NCBI GenBank assembly: GCA_963749155.1
Contig: CAVVLO010000001.1
Span: 64,001 to 128,000, forward strand
From: an uncultured Armatimonadia bacterium
GTDB taxonomy: Bacteria; Armatimonadota; Zipacnadia; CAVVLO01
DNA length: 64,000 bases
Direction of reading: 5' to 3'
How positions within the stretch are numbered: the stretch's first letter is position 1; each line of letters starts with the position of its first letter. The notes below the pieces were generated by a model. That model was not told the origin of the DNA. It saw only the letters and a list, made by a program, of their open reading frames with translations, and made no database searches. The position numbers and the translations under genes were made by a program. Below, in pieces: positions 31,475-42,800 of this stretch.

Positions 31475-31496
31475 TCTTTCCGGTTTTGCTGTTGGG

Positions 31497-32348
31497 CTAC
31501 GGCGCCGGGAAGAACGAATCCAGAGTCTTGGCCTCGGGTGCGAGAGAGGTGACTTCCTCCTCCGACATCGGAGTGAAGCGCTCCCAGGCATCCAGCATCA
31601 GCCACAGCAACTCTGCATGACCTGGCGAGACGGCAGCTGTGACAGGCTTGGAGAGAGTAAAGCGCACTCCAGTTATGGCCTCCTCCAGGTTGTCTACCGG
31701 CTTGTACCAGCACTTGGGCCAGCTGCGCTCTTCGCCCTCCGCCCAGCGTCGCTTGCCCAGTGTCTTGAGCGCCAAAAGGCCGATGCCTAGCTCTTCCGTC
31801 TTCGCCACCACCTGATGACCGAAGTGGCCATGATGCCAGGTGACCCAGTTGACGGGGAAGAGGACCGAATCGTAAGGATACCCCTCCAGCAACGCCAGCG
31901 CGGCCTCTTCCGAGTGCGCCGAAAACCCCAGATGCTTAACCAGGCCCTGCTCTTTTGCCTCCAGGAAGCACTCTAGCGCCCCGCCTGGCCCGAGGATTGT
32001 CGCCACATCTGCCATCGAGCTAACCCCGTGATGCTGGTAGAGGTCGATATGGTCGGTCTTGAGCCGGTCGAGTGAACGCTTCAGCTCTTCCCAGGCGGTG
32101 GCTTTCTCGCGCTGGCCTGTCTTGCAGGCGAGGAAACAGTCCTCGCGATAGGGTTCGAGCGCGGGTCCGAGTCGTTCCTCTGCATTGCCATAACCTGGTG
32201 CGACATCGAAATAGGTGACGCCTGACTCGACGGCACGGTCCACCTGGGCCTGAGCTTGTTCGGGCGTCTCGTTCATCACAATTATGCCGCCGAAGCCGAT
32301 TACAGAAAGCTTCTCGCCAGTCTTGCCAAGCGCGCGGTATTCCATCAT
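31497..32348 (-). CDS. aldo/keto reductase
   Basis: YRALGKTG, FDVAPGYG, DLYQHH, GFSAH. Confidence 0.92.
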   Translation of the reverse strand: MMEYRALGKTGEKLSVIGFGGIIVMNETPEQAQAQVDRAVESGVTYFDVAPGYGNAEERLGPALEPYREDCFLACKTGQREKATAWEELKRSLDRLKTDHIDLYQHHGVSSMADVATILGPGGALECFLEAKEQGLVKHLGFSAHSEEAALALLEGYPYDSVLFPVNWVTWHHGHFGHQVVAKTEELGIGLLALKTLGKRRWAEGEERSWPKCWYKPVDNLEEAITGVRFTLSKPVTAAVSPGHAELLWLMLDAWERFTPMSEEEVTSLAPEAKTLDSFFPAP

Positions 32349-32454
32349 TGGGAGTACCTCCCATCAAATTGTCTTATTAGTCTAAATATAACATCTCCAT
32401 GCCCCGGCAGGAAGGAGGACTCGCTGAGACGAAGTCTGAGAGGGAGGAGATCCT

Positions 32455-34476
32455 ATGTTGCTGCTTCTGCTAGTCCTGCTGCTGGCTTCGGCCGGCTTCG
32501 CTCAACCTCAGGCTGTCATCACAGTGGACGTGACGGCTTCACAAGGGCCTGTCAACCGCCTCATATTCGGGAATAACCAGGTCGGATACGATCCCTTTAT
32601 GATCTTCAGCGCCACTTCCAGCCCCGAAAACCGTATGTATGGAGCCGGATTGTGGGATCCGGAGCTGCGCGCACCCATCCCCGAGGCCTTGCGCCACGCG
32701 AGGGAGATGGGAATGCCCATCTCGCGCTTCCCGGGCGGGTGCGGCGTGCATAGTTATGACTGGAAAAAGACAATCGGGCCGCTGGCGGAGCGTCCGGACT
32801 GGCAATTCGGTATCGACGAGTTTCTCGAGTGGTGCCAGTTGGCGGATTCCGAGCCGCTGATGAACGTCAGCGACTATACAGGCACCGCTCAGGACGCCGC
32901 CGATCTGGTGGAATACCTAAATTCGCCTGCCGATGAGGCGCATCCCTGGGCCGAGAAGCGCGCGGCTAATGGCCACCCCGAGCCTTGGGGCGTCGAGTGG
33001 TTCGAACTGGGCAATGAGACCGATCATGGCAACCATGAGATGCAGCCCAAACGCAAGTTGACCGCCGCAGAGTATGGCCAGTGGGTCATGGATTACTCCC
33101 GCGCGATGAAAGCGGTCGATCCCACGATAAAAGTAAGTGCCCTGATGGGCACCGGCACTTTCCCCGATGACCCGTGGAACGTTACGGTGCTTCCCTTGGT
33201 GAAGGACGACGCCGACTTTATCGTCTGGCACGTCTATCCCGTCAGCCTGTGGCAGGAAGAGCCTTCTCAGAGCGCCGATACGCTGATGAAAGCGGCGCTT
33301 TCGGCCAGCGAGCAGTGGCAATACTATCTGGCCGAGTACAACAAGCTCATCCTCGAACACTGTGGCAAGCCGCTGCCGATCGCAATTACCGAATACAACG
33401 CCGCTTTCGTCCAGGACCGGCCTGTGCCTTATCGTTTCAGCCTTGGCGCTGCACTTTTCTGCGCCGACTGGATCCGCGTGATGCTGCAGCCTGAGGGCAA
33501 TGTGGTGATGGGCAACTATTGGCAGTTTATCAACGAATACTGGGGCGAATTACAGGGGCCACGGTACCCGGGCGATCCTGCGCCTTACAAACCTCAACCT
33601 GCCTACTATGTGCACCAACTGTGGAACAACCACTTCGGCGCAGAGCTCTTGAAGATCGAGGTCACCGGGCCGACCTTCGAGAGCGAAGGCTACAATAATG
33701 TGCTGCCCGCACGAGGTGAAACCTGGCGCCCCAAGTCCGTCGTGCTGGAGGACGACCTTTCCGGCACGGTCAGCCCGAATCAGTTGGCCGGGGAGGGCTG
33801 GCGGCTGGAGATGGCCGGTGAGGAGTTCATCTGGCGGCTTGGTGAAATTACTGGTGATTTCTACCCGCTGGTCGCCTCAATTCTGTGGAGCCCCGATCAG
33901 GACTGCGTGGTCAGCGGCGAGGTGCGTTACGAGGGCGCTGAGGGCAGCGGCAAGCTGGGAATCCAGATCGGTGATAACCGCGGCTGGCTGGAAACCTATT
34001 CCGCTGTCGCGAAGGACGACCTCGAACTGGCCACTGACTGGGAGCCTTTCGAGCTGACCTATAAACCGCTGCGCGACACGAAAGCCCTGCAACTCGTGCT
34101 GCGTTGCCAGGGCAGGCAGGCGGGTTCAACCGGGGCTTTACATCTGCGCAACCTGAAGCTAAGGCGCGCGCTGCCGGCGCTCTTCCCAGCCGCGCAGACG
34201 CTGACGGCGTCAGCCAGTCGCTCCGAGGACGGCAGCAAGCTCTATGTGATGGTCGTGAACAAGAGCGTCGATGAGCCTCTCACCACCCGCCTCGACCTGG
34301 CTGGCTTCGTCCCAAGCACAATCCACACCTGGACGCTTACCGGACCGAGCCTGGAATCCAATAACCTTGCTGAGGCGACCTGCGGGGTTACAGAAGCGGA
34401 CGTGCCAGTAGGCACCGGCCCACTCGAGCTGACCTTTGCCCCGCGCAGTCTGACGGCGGTGGAGCTCTCGCGCTAG
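32455..34476 (+). CDS. secreted GH51 alpha-L-arabinofuranosidase-like protein with CBM-like insert
   Basis: RFPGG, FGIDEF, ELGNE, AITEYN. C-terminal VVNKS...FAPRSLTAVEL. Confidence 0.88.
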   Translation: MLLLLLVLLLASAGFAQPQAVITVDVTASQGPVNRLIFGNNQVGYDPFMIFSATSSPENRMYGAGLWDPELRAPIPEALRHAREMGMPISRFPGGCGVHSYDWKKTIGPLAERPDWQFGIDEFLEWCQLADSEPLMNVSDYTGTAQDAADLVEYLNSPADEAHPWAEKRAANGHPEPWGVEWFELGNETDHGNHEMQPKRKLTAAEYGQWVMDYSRAMKAVDPTIKVSALMGTGTFPDDPWNVTVLPLVKDDADFIVWHVYPVSLWQEEPSQSADTLMKAALSASEQWQYYLAEYNKLILEHCGKPLPIAITEYNAAFVQDRPVPYRFSLGAALFCADWIRVMLQPEGNVVMGNYWQFINEYWGELQGPRYPGDPAPYKPQPAYYVHQLWNNHFGAELLKIEVTGPTFESEGYNNVLPARGETWRPKSVVLEDDLSGTVSPNQLAGEGWRLEMAGEEFIWRLGEITGDFYPLVASILWSPDQDCVVSGEVRYEGAEGSGKLGIQIGDNRGWLETYSAVAKDDLELATDWEPFELTYKPLRDTKALQLVLRCQGRQAGSTGALHLRNLKLRRALPALFPAAQTLTASASRSEDGSKLYVMVVNKSVDEPLTTRLDLAGFVPSTIHTWTLTGPSLESNNLAEATCGVTEADVPVGTGPLELTFAPRSLTAVELSR

Positions 34477-35564
34477 CCGGACTGGACTTTTTTACGCAAG
34501 CAAAAGACTTTTCGCAGCCCAATCAGGAAAAGCAGCATAACAGCGCCGATTGCAGCGCCCTGCCAGAAGACTTTGGATTTGAGAGTGCTCTTGAGCACGC
34601 TTATTGGCTTGGGCTTCCCATACTGGTCTTCATACCGGTAATAAAGCTCCCAGTATTCGGGAGTGTATTGCTCCAGGGGCTGCATCTGGGCTCCTGTGAG
34701 CGAAACTGCCTCAAGCGTCGGCTTGCCCGCGGCGTCAACTGTCACGTGGATGCACTCATCCACTTCGCAGTCGCGAAGGGCTGTAGAGATAAATGTGGCG
34801 TTGTATTCGGGCACCTTCCAGTAAAGTGGCGAGGCATTCCACCAGCGGCCGTTGTCACCTGAGAACCAGTAGACTGGCTTCTTTGCAGTGGCTGCCTTTA
34901 GCAGAGGCTCTATGTCCCGGCTCCAGGCGCCGACCTTGTATTTCTCGAGTTGCGGCACAAAATGCTTGTGCATCTTCTGCAATCGCGGATCATCGGTAAT
35001 CCACAGCAGGAAATGAGACATCACCCAGATAGTCTTCACACTCGGATCTGCTGCCGCTTTCTCGAGGCGTTCTTTGAGAAAAGCTAGCTGTTCGCCCTCG
35101 ATTGCGCCGTTGGCGAGTACTGTGTCCAGGCAGATAAACTCATCGCCCCCCATCCTGAAAGCGCGCCAGGTCGGGCCGAAGAACTCGATATACTGCTCCC
35201 GGAAAATGAGTTCGTGGTTCCCTGTCGCATTAAACAGGGGCAGGCTAAACAAGTCGGTTACTTTCATGAAATTCTCCATCCGTTGGCGAGTTGGGTACTT
35301 GACCAGGTCGCCCAGAAAGAAAACACAGGCAGCTCCGCTACTGTTGAGTTTGGAGATGTTGGCTAAAAGTGAGGCTGAAGGCCAGACGGCGGGGCTTTCA
35401 TAAGAGCCGTAAGAATGACCAATAGCCCAGAAAGAATAAGGCTGACGCTCTGGCCCGACTTCCAAAGGCAAGCCATTAAGGGTGGATTTGACGGTTTCTG
35501 GCCAGGCAAGCCCAGTCAGTATAATAAGAACAACTAGTACCAACAGTCCGAGGGAGAATCGCAT
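34473..35564 (-). CDS. exported metallophosphoesterase with C-terminal membrane anchor
   Basis: GH, LGD, GNHE, SH and SGD calcineurin-like motifs. N-terminal signal and C-terminal TM. Confidence 0.8.
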   Translation of the reverse strand: MRFSLGLLVLVVLIILTGLAWPETVKSTLNGLPLEVGPERQPYSFWAIGHSYGSYESPAVWPSASLLANISKLNSSGAACVFFLGDLVKYPTRQRMENFMKVTDLFSLPLFNATGNHELIFREQYIEFFGPTWRAFRMGGDEFICLDTVLANGAIEGEQLAFLKERLEKAAADPSVKTIWVMSHFLLWITDDPRLQKMHKHFVPQLEKYKVGAWSRDIEPLLKAATAKKPVYWFSGDNGRWWNASPLYWKVPEYNATFISTALRDCEVDECIHVTVDAAGKPTLEAVSLTGAQMQPLEQYTPEYWELYYRYEDQYGKPKPISVLKSTLKSKVFWQGAAIGAVMLLFLIGLRKVFCLRKKVQSG

Positions 35565-35640
35565 CTGGATCCCTCCAGCAAAAGTCTTTGGTTAGACAAG
35601 CTTAACACCAGGCTATTTTATAATACTCTAGAAGCAAAGC

Positions 35641-35658
35641 CTGACAGTAATATGACGG
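35641..35658 (-). promoter_or_regulatory. putative Pho box
   Basis: Minus strand CCGTCAT-ATTA-CTGTCAG, then 10 nt, then TAGAGT (-10-like). Confidence 0.5.
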
Positions 35659-35679
35659 AGTTCTTTATTGGAGGCTGAT

Positions 35680-36369
35680 ATGGGCACATCTGGTCTGAAC
35701 CTCCAGCTAACCCAGCCTGCGCCGCTGGATGTCACCACGGTGCTGCTGAACCTGCTGCTAACGGCCCTTTTCGCGTGGCTACTTGGCAAACATTTCGTGC
35801 ACTATGGCAGCACCTTCTCCAACCGAAGCAAGTTCTCGCGCATCTTGCCCACCATTGCGCTGACCACGGCGCTGGTCATCACGATAGTGAAAGCTTCACT
35901 TGCACTTTCACTTGGACTTGTGGGCGCGCTCTCTATCGTCAGGTTCCGCACCCCTGTAAAAGAACCTGAAGAACTGGCGTATCTGTTCCTGGCTATCGCA
36001 ACAGGGCTCGGGATGGGCGCCGACCAGCGGCTTGTTACCTCAGTAGCCATATTGCTCATTTTGGCCCTGCTGACAAGCAGGGCGCTTTCGAGAAAAGATT
36101 CTACTTATCCCAACCTCTACGTGAACATCCAGCTACCCCAGGCGCCGGAGGAAGACGGCCTTTTCCGCGGTCTACTGGATTTGCTAGCCACTAAAACCGA
36201 TTCGGCTGAACTGCGCCGCTTTGATTCAGAGGCAGGCTCGCTATCCGCGACTTTCTATGTGGACTGTAAAGACGCCGACCGCCTGCTGGCTTTGCAGGAA
36301 GCACTGCGTACCCAGTATCCCCAGGCTGAGCTCAGCTTCGTAGAGCAGTCGCGTACCCCTGGAGACTAA
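35680..36369 (+). CDS. DUF4956 membrane protein
   Basis: LALSLGLVGALSIVRFRTPVKEPEEL signature. Confidence 0.92.
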   Translation: MGTSGLNLQLTQPAPLDVTTVLLNLLLTALFAWLLGKHFVHYGSTFSNRSKFSRILPTIALTTALVITIVKASLALSLGLVGALSIVRFRTPVKEPEELAYLFLAIATGLGMGADQRLVTSVAILLILALLTSRALSRKDSTYPNLYVNIQLPQAPEEDGLFRGLLDLLATKTDSAELRRFDSEAGSLSATFYVDCKDADRLLALQEALRTQYPQAELSFVEQSRTPGD

Positions 36370-36372
36370 CCG

Positions 36373-38991
36373 ATGCGGCTCCGACGTCCACAAACCGAGC
36401 CCCCCAAACCCAGACGCGCCTTGGGGCGCTGGAGCAAGCTCTGGCTTGGACTGTTGGCGCTGCTGCTGGTCAGCTCGCTGATGGCACTTGGGTTTCTCCA
36501 GGGCGTCCACTGGGAACGCAATGGCAGATGGAGTCACCTCAAGGAGAACCTGCGCCTGAAAGGCCCCACAGCACTAGGCGCGAGGCTGAAAGGGCTGATA
36601 AACCCTCCTGATACGCCCGTCCTGGCTCTTGATATAAAGTTTAAAGACCTGAACAAGCTTGACGAGATACGCCAGGAGGCGCTTCGCAACGGGGGCTTGC
36701 TGAGTGATGAGGGCGAGTGGGTTTCGGCCCAGCTTGGCTACGAGGACTCAACTTTCAAGGCGCGCCTGCGCCTCAAAGGCGACCGGATAGACCATCTCCA
36801 GGGCCGTAAATGGTCTTACAGAGTGCAAATACAGGAGGGCCAGAAAGTCCTCGGGATGGCAGTTTTCTCCTTGCAGAGCCCCAGCACGCGCAACTTCGAT
36901 GGAGAATGGCTGTATCACCAGGCGCTCCAGCGCGAAGGAGTGCTGGGGTTGCGTTACAGCTTCGCCCGGCTCTTCATAAACGGGGAGGACAGGGGCATCT
37001 ACGCGGTAGAAGAGCACTTCGCGAAGGAGCTGCTGGAGGCACAAGAGCGTCGAGAAGGCCCCATCATCAAGTTTTCCGAAGATGAACTCTGGGCCAGATA
37101 TGCGCGCCTGAGGCAAGAGGGTATCTACGAGGATGAAGGCTTCCAGATGGCGCGTCCCGAGGTGCCCTTCCATTACGAGGCTTATGACAGCTATCAAGCC
37201 AGCCCGCCGGATACTTTTGGCAAAGCAGATCCGACCGAAGCCCCAAAACTTGACCGGATGCGTCAGGCGGCAGAGCAGCTATTGCGTGCCTTCGCCGCTG
37301 GAGAGCTGCCCGCTTCGAAAGTCTTCGACGTCTCAAAACTGGCGAAATATCTGGCGCTCAGCGAGTTGCTGGATGCCCCTCACGCTTTGATATGGACCAA
37401 TGTAAGATTCTATTACGATCCGCTTACTGCCAGGCTTCAGCCGATTGGTTTCGATGCCTGTCCTCAATATGGCGGCAAGGCTCTCTTCTGTCTGGCAGAG
37501 CCCTGGACTCTTCAGGCGCTTGCTGACCCCCTGGTGTGCGCCGCTTTCGTGACGGAGCTCGAGCGAGTCACCCAGCCCGAGTATGTCGAAGAACTGCGTG
37601 CCGAGCTTGAGCCTGGCTGGCGCGCGCAGTTGCGCCTTTTGCAGCAGGAATGGCCTGGCCTGCCTTTGGCTGATAGCTGGGCTAATATGAAGGCCAGGCA
37701 AACGCTGCTTGCACTTGCGCTCCAGACCGACTCACCTGTCGCCGTATATGCCACAAAAGCCGGGAACGAGCTGGAGCTTCATGTCGCCAATCTTCTGCCG
37801 CTGCCTGTCGAAGTATTCGGCGTTAAGGGCGGTGAGAAGTGCAGTCTGCAACGCCCTGGCGAAGCAGGCAAGCTGCCCCATACCCTTGCTGCGCGTCCTG
37901 CGGGCGCGAAATTGAAATACATAACTTTCAAACTGCCAAGGAATTTTGGAGCCTTCCCGCTGGAGGTGGCCGCGCGTCTGCCTGGCGCTGTCCCCACCTG
38001 GCTTTTGCCAGTAAAGACTTATGGTTTCAACTGGCAGGAAGGGAAGGGCAGGCCGGTTGCGCCAGGACTTGCCGAGGCGCTCAGGAGGCATCCTTTCCTG
38101 CAACTTGCGGCAGAACGCCTGCTTCAGGTAAAGCGCGGCGATTGGCGCGTTACCGGCGACCTGGTGTTGCCAGACCAATACGGGCTGGTTGCCGGGCCTG
38201 GAGTCACTTTACGCTTCGAGCAAGGAGCTTTAATGCTTGCTACCGGCCCTCTCAAATTCGAGGGCAGCGAAGAAGCCCCGGTGCGCTTGCTTCCCCAGTC
38301 CACAAGCTGGGCTGGACTGATTGCACTTTTTGCTCCTCCTTCCACCTGGAGCTGGGTTGAGGTTGGGCCGACCACCAGCCTGGACCGGGCCGGCTGGACT
38401 ACTACAGGTGGTGTGACTTTCTATCGCTCTCCCCTTAGTTTGTCGCACTGCGATTTCCACGGCAGCCTTGCTGAAGACACCCTTAACGTAATGGGCGCCC
38501 GGGTTGAGTGCAGAGACAGCAGTTTTTCAAAAGCGGCCTCTGATGCCTTCGATGGCGACTTCGTCACCGGCCTGTTCGAGCGCTGCGAATTTAGTGACAT
38601 AGAAGGCGATGGCTTTGATGTCAGTGGAAGCAGGGAGCTAGTGGTTACTGGCCTGCGCGCTGTCAGGTTGGGTGACAAGGCGCTCTCAATCGGTGAGGGC
38701 AGCGATGTGGTAGCCAGCGATATCGTGGCCGAGTACTGCCGGTTCGGACCGGTAAGCAAAGACCGGTCGCGACTTGTCCTCAAAGGCGCCAAACTCAGCA
38801 ACTGCGAGTATGGCCTGGCGGCCTATCAGAAAAAAGCCGAATACGGTCCTGCCCAACTTGAAGCCACTGGTGTCAGCTTCGAAGGCGTGAAGCAACAGGT
38901 GCTCTGCCAGCAAGGCTCTCGGCTGACTGTGAACGGTAAGCAGGCCCCCGAGCAATCGCTAGACGTGGAGACGCTCTATGTCGGTCAGTGA
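36373..38991 (+). CDS. CotH kinase family protein with C-terminal right-handed beta-helix
   Basis: RLKGD..DH...KWSYRV, GIYAVEE, HAL.W.N.RFYY.P, PIGFD. DAFDGDF and GDKALSIGE beta-helix repeats. Confidence 0.85.
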   Translation: MRLRRPQTEPPKPRRALGRWSKLWLGLLALLLVSSLMALGFLQGVHWERNGRWSHLKENLRLKGPTALGARLKGLINPPDTPVLALDIKFKDLNKLDEIRQEALRNGGLLSDEGEWVSAQLGYEDSTFKARLRLKGDRIDHLQGRKWSYRVQIQEGQKVLGMAVFSLQSPSTRNFDGEWLYHQALQREGVLGLRYSFARLFINGEDRGIYAVEEHFAKELLEAQERREGPIIKFSEDELWARYARLRQEGIYEDEGFQMARPEVPFHYEAYDSYQASPPDTFGKADPTEAPKLDRMRQAAEQLLRAFAAGELPASKVFDVSKLAKYLALSELLDAPHALIWTNVRFYYDPLTARLQPIGFDACPQYGGKALFCLAEPWTLQALADPLVCAAFVTELERVTQPEYVEELRAELEPGWRAQLRLLQQEWPGLPLADSWANMKARQTLLALALQTDSPVAVYATKAGNELELHVANLLPLPVEVFGVKGGEKCSLQRPGEAGKLPHTLAARPAGAKLKYITFKLPRNFGAFPLEVAARLPGAVPTWLLPVKTYGFNWQEGKGRPVAPGLAEALRRHPFLQLAAERLLQVKRGDWRVTGDLVLPDQYGLVAGPGVTLRFEQGALMLATGPLKFEGSEEAPVRLLPQSTSWAGLIALFAPPSTWSWVEVGPTTSLDRAGWTTTGGVTFYRSPLSLSHCDFHGSLAEDTLNVMGARVECRDSSFSKAASDAFDGDFVTGLFERCEFSDIEGDGFDVSGSRELVVTGLRAVRLGDKALSIGEGSDVVASDIVAEYCRFGPVSKDRSRLVLKGAKLSNCEYGLAAYQKKAEYGPAQLEATGVSFEGVKQQVLCQQGSRLTVNGKQAPEQSLDVETLYVGQ

Positions 38992-39685
38992 GGTGAAAAT
39001 CGGCGGCTGGCGATATGAGCGCAAATTCGTCTGTGAGGAGCGCGCCGACCTGCGGGCCAAGCTCATTTCATGGCTCAGAACCCATCCAGCAAGGCTTTGG
39101 CGACCCTATCCACCCCGCCTTGTCAATAATCTCTACTTCGAGACTGGCGACTGGGCCAGCCTCGAAGCCAACCTGGCAGGCATATCAGACCGCGCCAAAC
39201 TGCGCCTTAGATGGTATGGCGAGGGGCTAAAGCAGGTGGAGGCAGTGCTTGAGCTCAAGCAGAAACGCGCAGAGCTTGGCCGCAAGCTGTCACTTGCTCT
39301 GGCAACTCCCGTAACGCTGGCAGGCCTAAGCTGGGAGGCGCTTCGTGCTAGCCTGATGCGGCAACCTCTTGGCGAACTGCTTCCCTGGGTAGAGGCTTAT
39401 CCGCTGCCCGCCCTCGTAAATCAATATCTGCGTGACTACTATGTAACTGGAGATGGCCTGGTCCGGATTACCCTCGACAGCAAGCTTGCGACCTGGGACC
39501 AAACTCGAAACTCCAGTTTTGCGCTTGGCCAGCCTGAACCAAGAGCAGGGGCACTGGTGGTCGAAGCCAAAGCCAACCTGGGCCAGGAAGCAGCCCTCGA
39601 AGCCGCGCTTGTCAGCTGCCCACTTACTTCGAGTGCTCACTCCAAATACGCAACTGGCGCCTTCATAAGAGGCCACCGGCTTTAA
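38978..39685 (+). CDS. VTC domain (polyphosphate polymerase-like) protein
   Basis: RYERKF, NNLYF, KLRLRWY, LELKQK, YLRDYY, RITLD, VEAK, SKY. Confidence 0.9.
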   Translation: MSVSEVKIGGWRYERKFVCEERADLRAKLISWLRTHPARLWRPYPPRLVNNLYFETGDWASLEANLAGISDRAKLRLRWYGEGLKQVEAVLELKQKRAELGRKLSLALATPVTLAGLSWEALRASLMRQPLGELLPWVEAYPLPALVNQYLRDYYVTGDGLVRITLDSKLATWDQTRNSSFALGQPEPRAGALVVEAKANLGQEAALEAALVSCPLTSSAHSKYATGAFIRGHRL

Positions 39686-39813
39686 TCGGGCGAAGTTGGA
39701 TTTCAGACTGACGAGGCTAGTTGTTAATTCGGCAAATCAGGTTTAAACTTGTTACAGCGCCTAACGCAGGTGCTTTTAGCAGTTCAGCACACGCCACCTT
39801 TGGGGGGGTCGTT

Positions 39814-42800
39814 ATGCGCCTGCTTACACTTCTGCTTCTGCTAATACTCGGCGTTCCAACTCTTGCTGCCCAAAGCACTGTCCTGGAGCCGGTGTCTCCG
39901 GTCGACCTCCGCGCTTCGTATTCCACCAGTTCTCTTGCAGTGCCAGAGGTATGGGCTGACGACGCGGGCCACGTTGTCGCGGCCTTTCCAGCCAAGCCTG
40001 TGAGCGCGAGCAACACTTCACCGTCCACCCCTTATGTGGCGTGCAAGTCAGGTTCAAGCTGGGAAGTCACCGAGCTCGAGTTGCCTGATGTGCACAGCAT
40101 CGGATCCACCGCCCGACTGCAACTGGTGGGCAAGTGGGGAGACCTCTACTGCTTCGTAAAGTGGGGAAAGAAAGAGTACTACTACTACACCAGCACCAAC
40201 GGGACCAGCTGGTCAGGCCCCAAGGTAGCAGCTACCCTTTACTCCTCCTCTGACCCTGGCACTGCAAGAGCCGGCTACGTCCAGGACACGCCCTTCTTCT
40301 GCTGCAACCAGCAGGGGGGAGCGAATACCAAAGGGCAATGGTTCTTCTGGAAGCAGGGCAGCAGTTTCCAGGGTGTGCGAATCGCCCAGCGATTTGTGGG
40401 TAGCAACTATACCTTGATCGATTCGGCCGTGGACGACCGAGGAAGAATCTATTACGTTTTTGTGGACGGTAGCAGCCGCGCGACGATTCTATCGGCGCCC
40501 AGTCTCGAAGCCGCCAAGCAAACAACCAGTTGGAAAGTGTTGCCCTCCGATATCAACGCGATGGCCAGGGACATCTGGAGTACCCCCCACCAGGGCCTCG
40601 CGCTGGACCCGGCTTCGCAGTGCCTTTGGCTGCTAAGTGGCAGCCACGCAGGCGAGATGCAGCTTACTCGCTTGCCCTTCGGCGCCACTACCAAGGGCGC
40701 CTCAACCAGCTACACACTGGGCTTGCCTGAGGGCGGCACAGGCTTCGACTACCATGGGTTCGTAACCAATGACCGAGGCGCGATCGGTCTGCTGCGCTCC
40801 TGGAGCATCAGGCAGGACGATGTCTTGCGCCCGCACTTGACCCTCTACCCAATAAGCGGCTCAGGAGTTGGAACGCCCCTCAACCTGGTACGCGGGGGCA
40901 GCGACACGGAGTCTGTCACCTTCAGGAGTAGCTTCGGCGGAGTTTGCGGCGGTGTGACGCCAAACGGCATGGCGTGGATGGGTGCTATCTCCGAGAAGCT
41001 GGGAGAGGAGCCGGCAGGACGCAGGCGGCTGTTCCTCTCCAAGGTCACCGGCTGGGCGACCAACAAACAGTCTCCGGTTACGACAGCCTTCGGCTTCGGT
41101 GACGCCCAGCAACCAGATGACGCGCGTCCGCCCGACACGGGCCCCTCCGATGATACTACGCCCCCCGACCCGGTCGAGCCGGGAGTCAGCGGTGGGGATG
41201 AGGGCACTCCCGAAGTTGGCACCAAGCCAGATTTTGAGATAAGTATCAGGTTGGGCTCTGCTCGAGATGTCGAAACAGAGGAACTCCAATTCAACTCCCT
41301 CGTGCGTAACGTCTACGTGCGAGTCACCAACAAGGGGGCGCAGTATTTCGGCGATCTGCCGCTCAAGGTGTTTATTGGCGGTACGACAGCCAAATTTACC
41401 TTCCCAGACCCAAGCGGTCACACGATGCCCCTGCTCAAGACAGGCCAGTCGCTCTCGGTCAACCTGCTGGACATCAGATTCACTCCCGATGGGACTGCAA
41501 TGGAGGAGCCACCCGCTGTCATCGACTGCAACACGCCGGGCACGCATATCGTCCGCGTGCGAACGGCCCTGGGCAAGTATCAGATCAGTGCCTTTGTGGA
41601 TCCCGGTAACGAAGTGCCCGAGGCAAACGAGGACAACAATAAAGACTTCCTTACCTTTGTCCTCTACGATGGCCGGGAGGACACCGACCGCATTCCCAGG
41701 ACGGGAGAGAGCGGCTACCATTATGGCGCTAACGATGTAGCTATCTACGATGCTCGCATACTGCCCAACTGCAGCTTCTCTCGGTTCGGTCTCAGGCAGA
41801 AGCCGACCACTTTGGCGCTTGTTGTGACCAACCCGCGCGCGGCTCGCTGGATGAAACAGGTCGAAGTGGTCGCCAAACTTGATGGCCAGGTGCTAGACAC
41901 CAAAACCCTTCCGCTTGTGCCCGATCAGCCGGCGCTTTCAATCGCGGAGCTGCCCTGGAGTGACCTGTCTGGGCCGCCAGGGGAGAAGACCATCAGGGGC
42001 GAGCCAGTACTTTTCCCCCTCGATCTGACGACTGTCGCCCTCGGCCAGCACACGCTGGAGATACTCGTAGACCCCGAGGGCAAGCTGGTGGACCTTGCCC
42101 CCGACAACAACAAGGTGACCCTCCGCTTCAATGTGCGCCCGCCCGGTGGCACGCTCACCGTGAAGTGCCAGGACAGTGGCAACAAGCAAGCTATCTCGGG
42201 CGCCACTGTGAGGCTCGAAAACCTCTGGTATATGAAGACCGACTCGACCGGCACGGCCACGGTGGAGGATTTCCCCCCCGCGAATTACAACGACCAGACG
42301 ATGTCGGCTGAGAAACTGGAGCCGACTCGGCCTTATGCGCGCAAGTACGCCGAACCCTTCAGCGTGAAGAGCCAGCAGACTACAAACGTCACGCTAGAGC
42401 TGGATGGGCCGGTAGACATCGTGGGCTCAATTACCGGACCTGACGGACAGAAGCCAGTCTGGGGCGCTTCAGTTGGCTTCACAGGGGAATACGCCAAAGC
42501 CAGTTATAATCGGGAGACCGGCCAGTACAAAATTACCTTCGCCGAGCCGGGGGCCAATTCTATAAAGGTGCAGGCTTATGGCTACCTCGACAAGACGGTC
42601 CAGGGCACTTACATCGCCGATGCTGACGGCCAGGCGCAGCAGGATATCCAGCTGCAAGAGGCGCCTAAAGGCAACGTCCAGGGGCAGGTTATCAGCTATA
42701 CAGGCAGCCCGATGGCGGGCGTAGTCGTTTCTCTGGGCGGCTGTCCGTTGTGGGCTGAGACCGACTCACAGGGCCACTATCAGATCAACGGGGCGATGGC

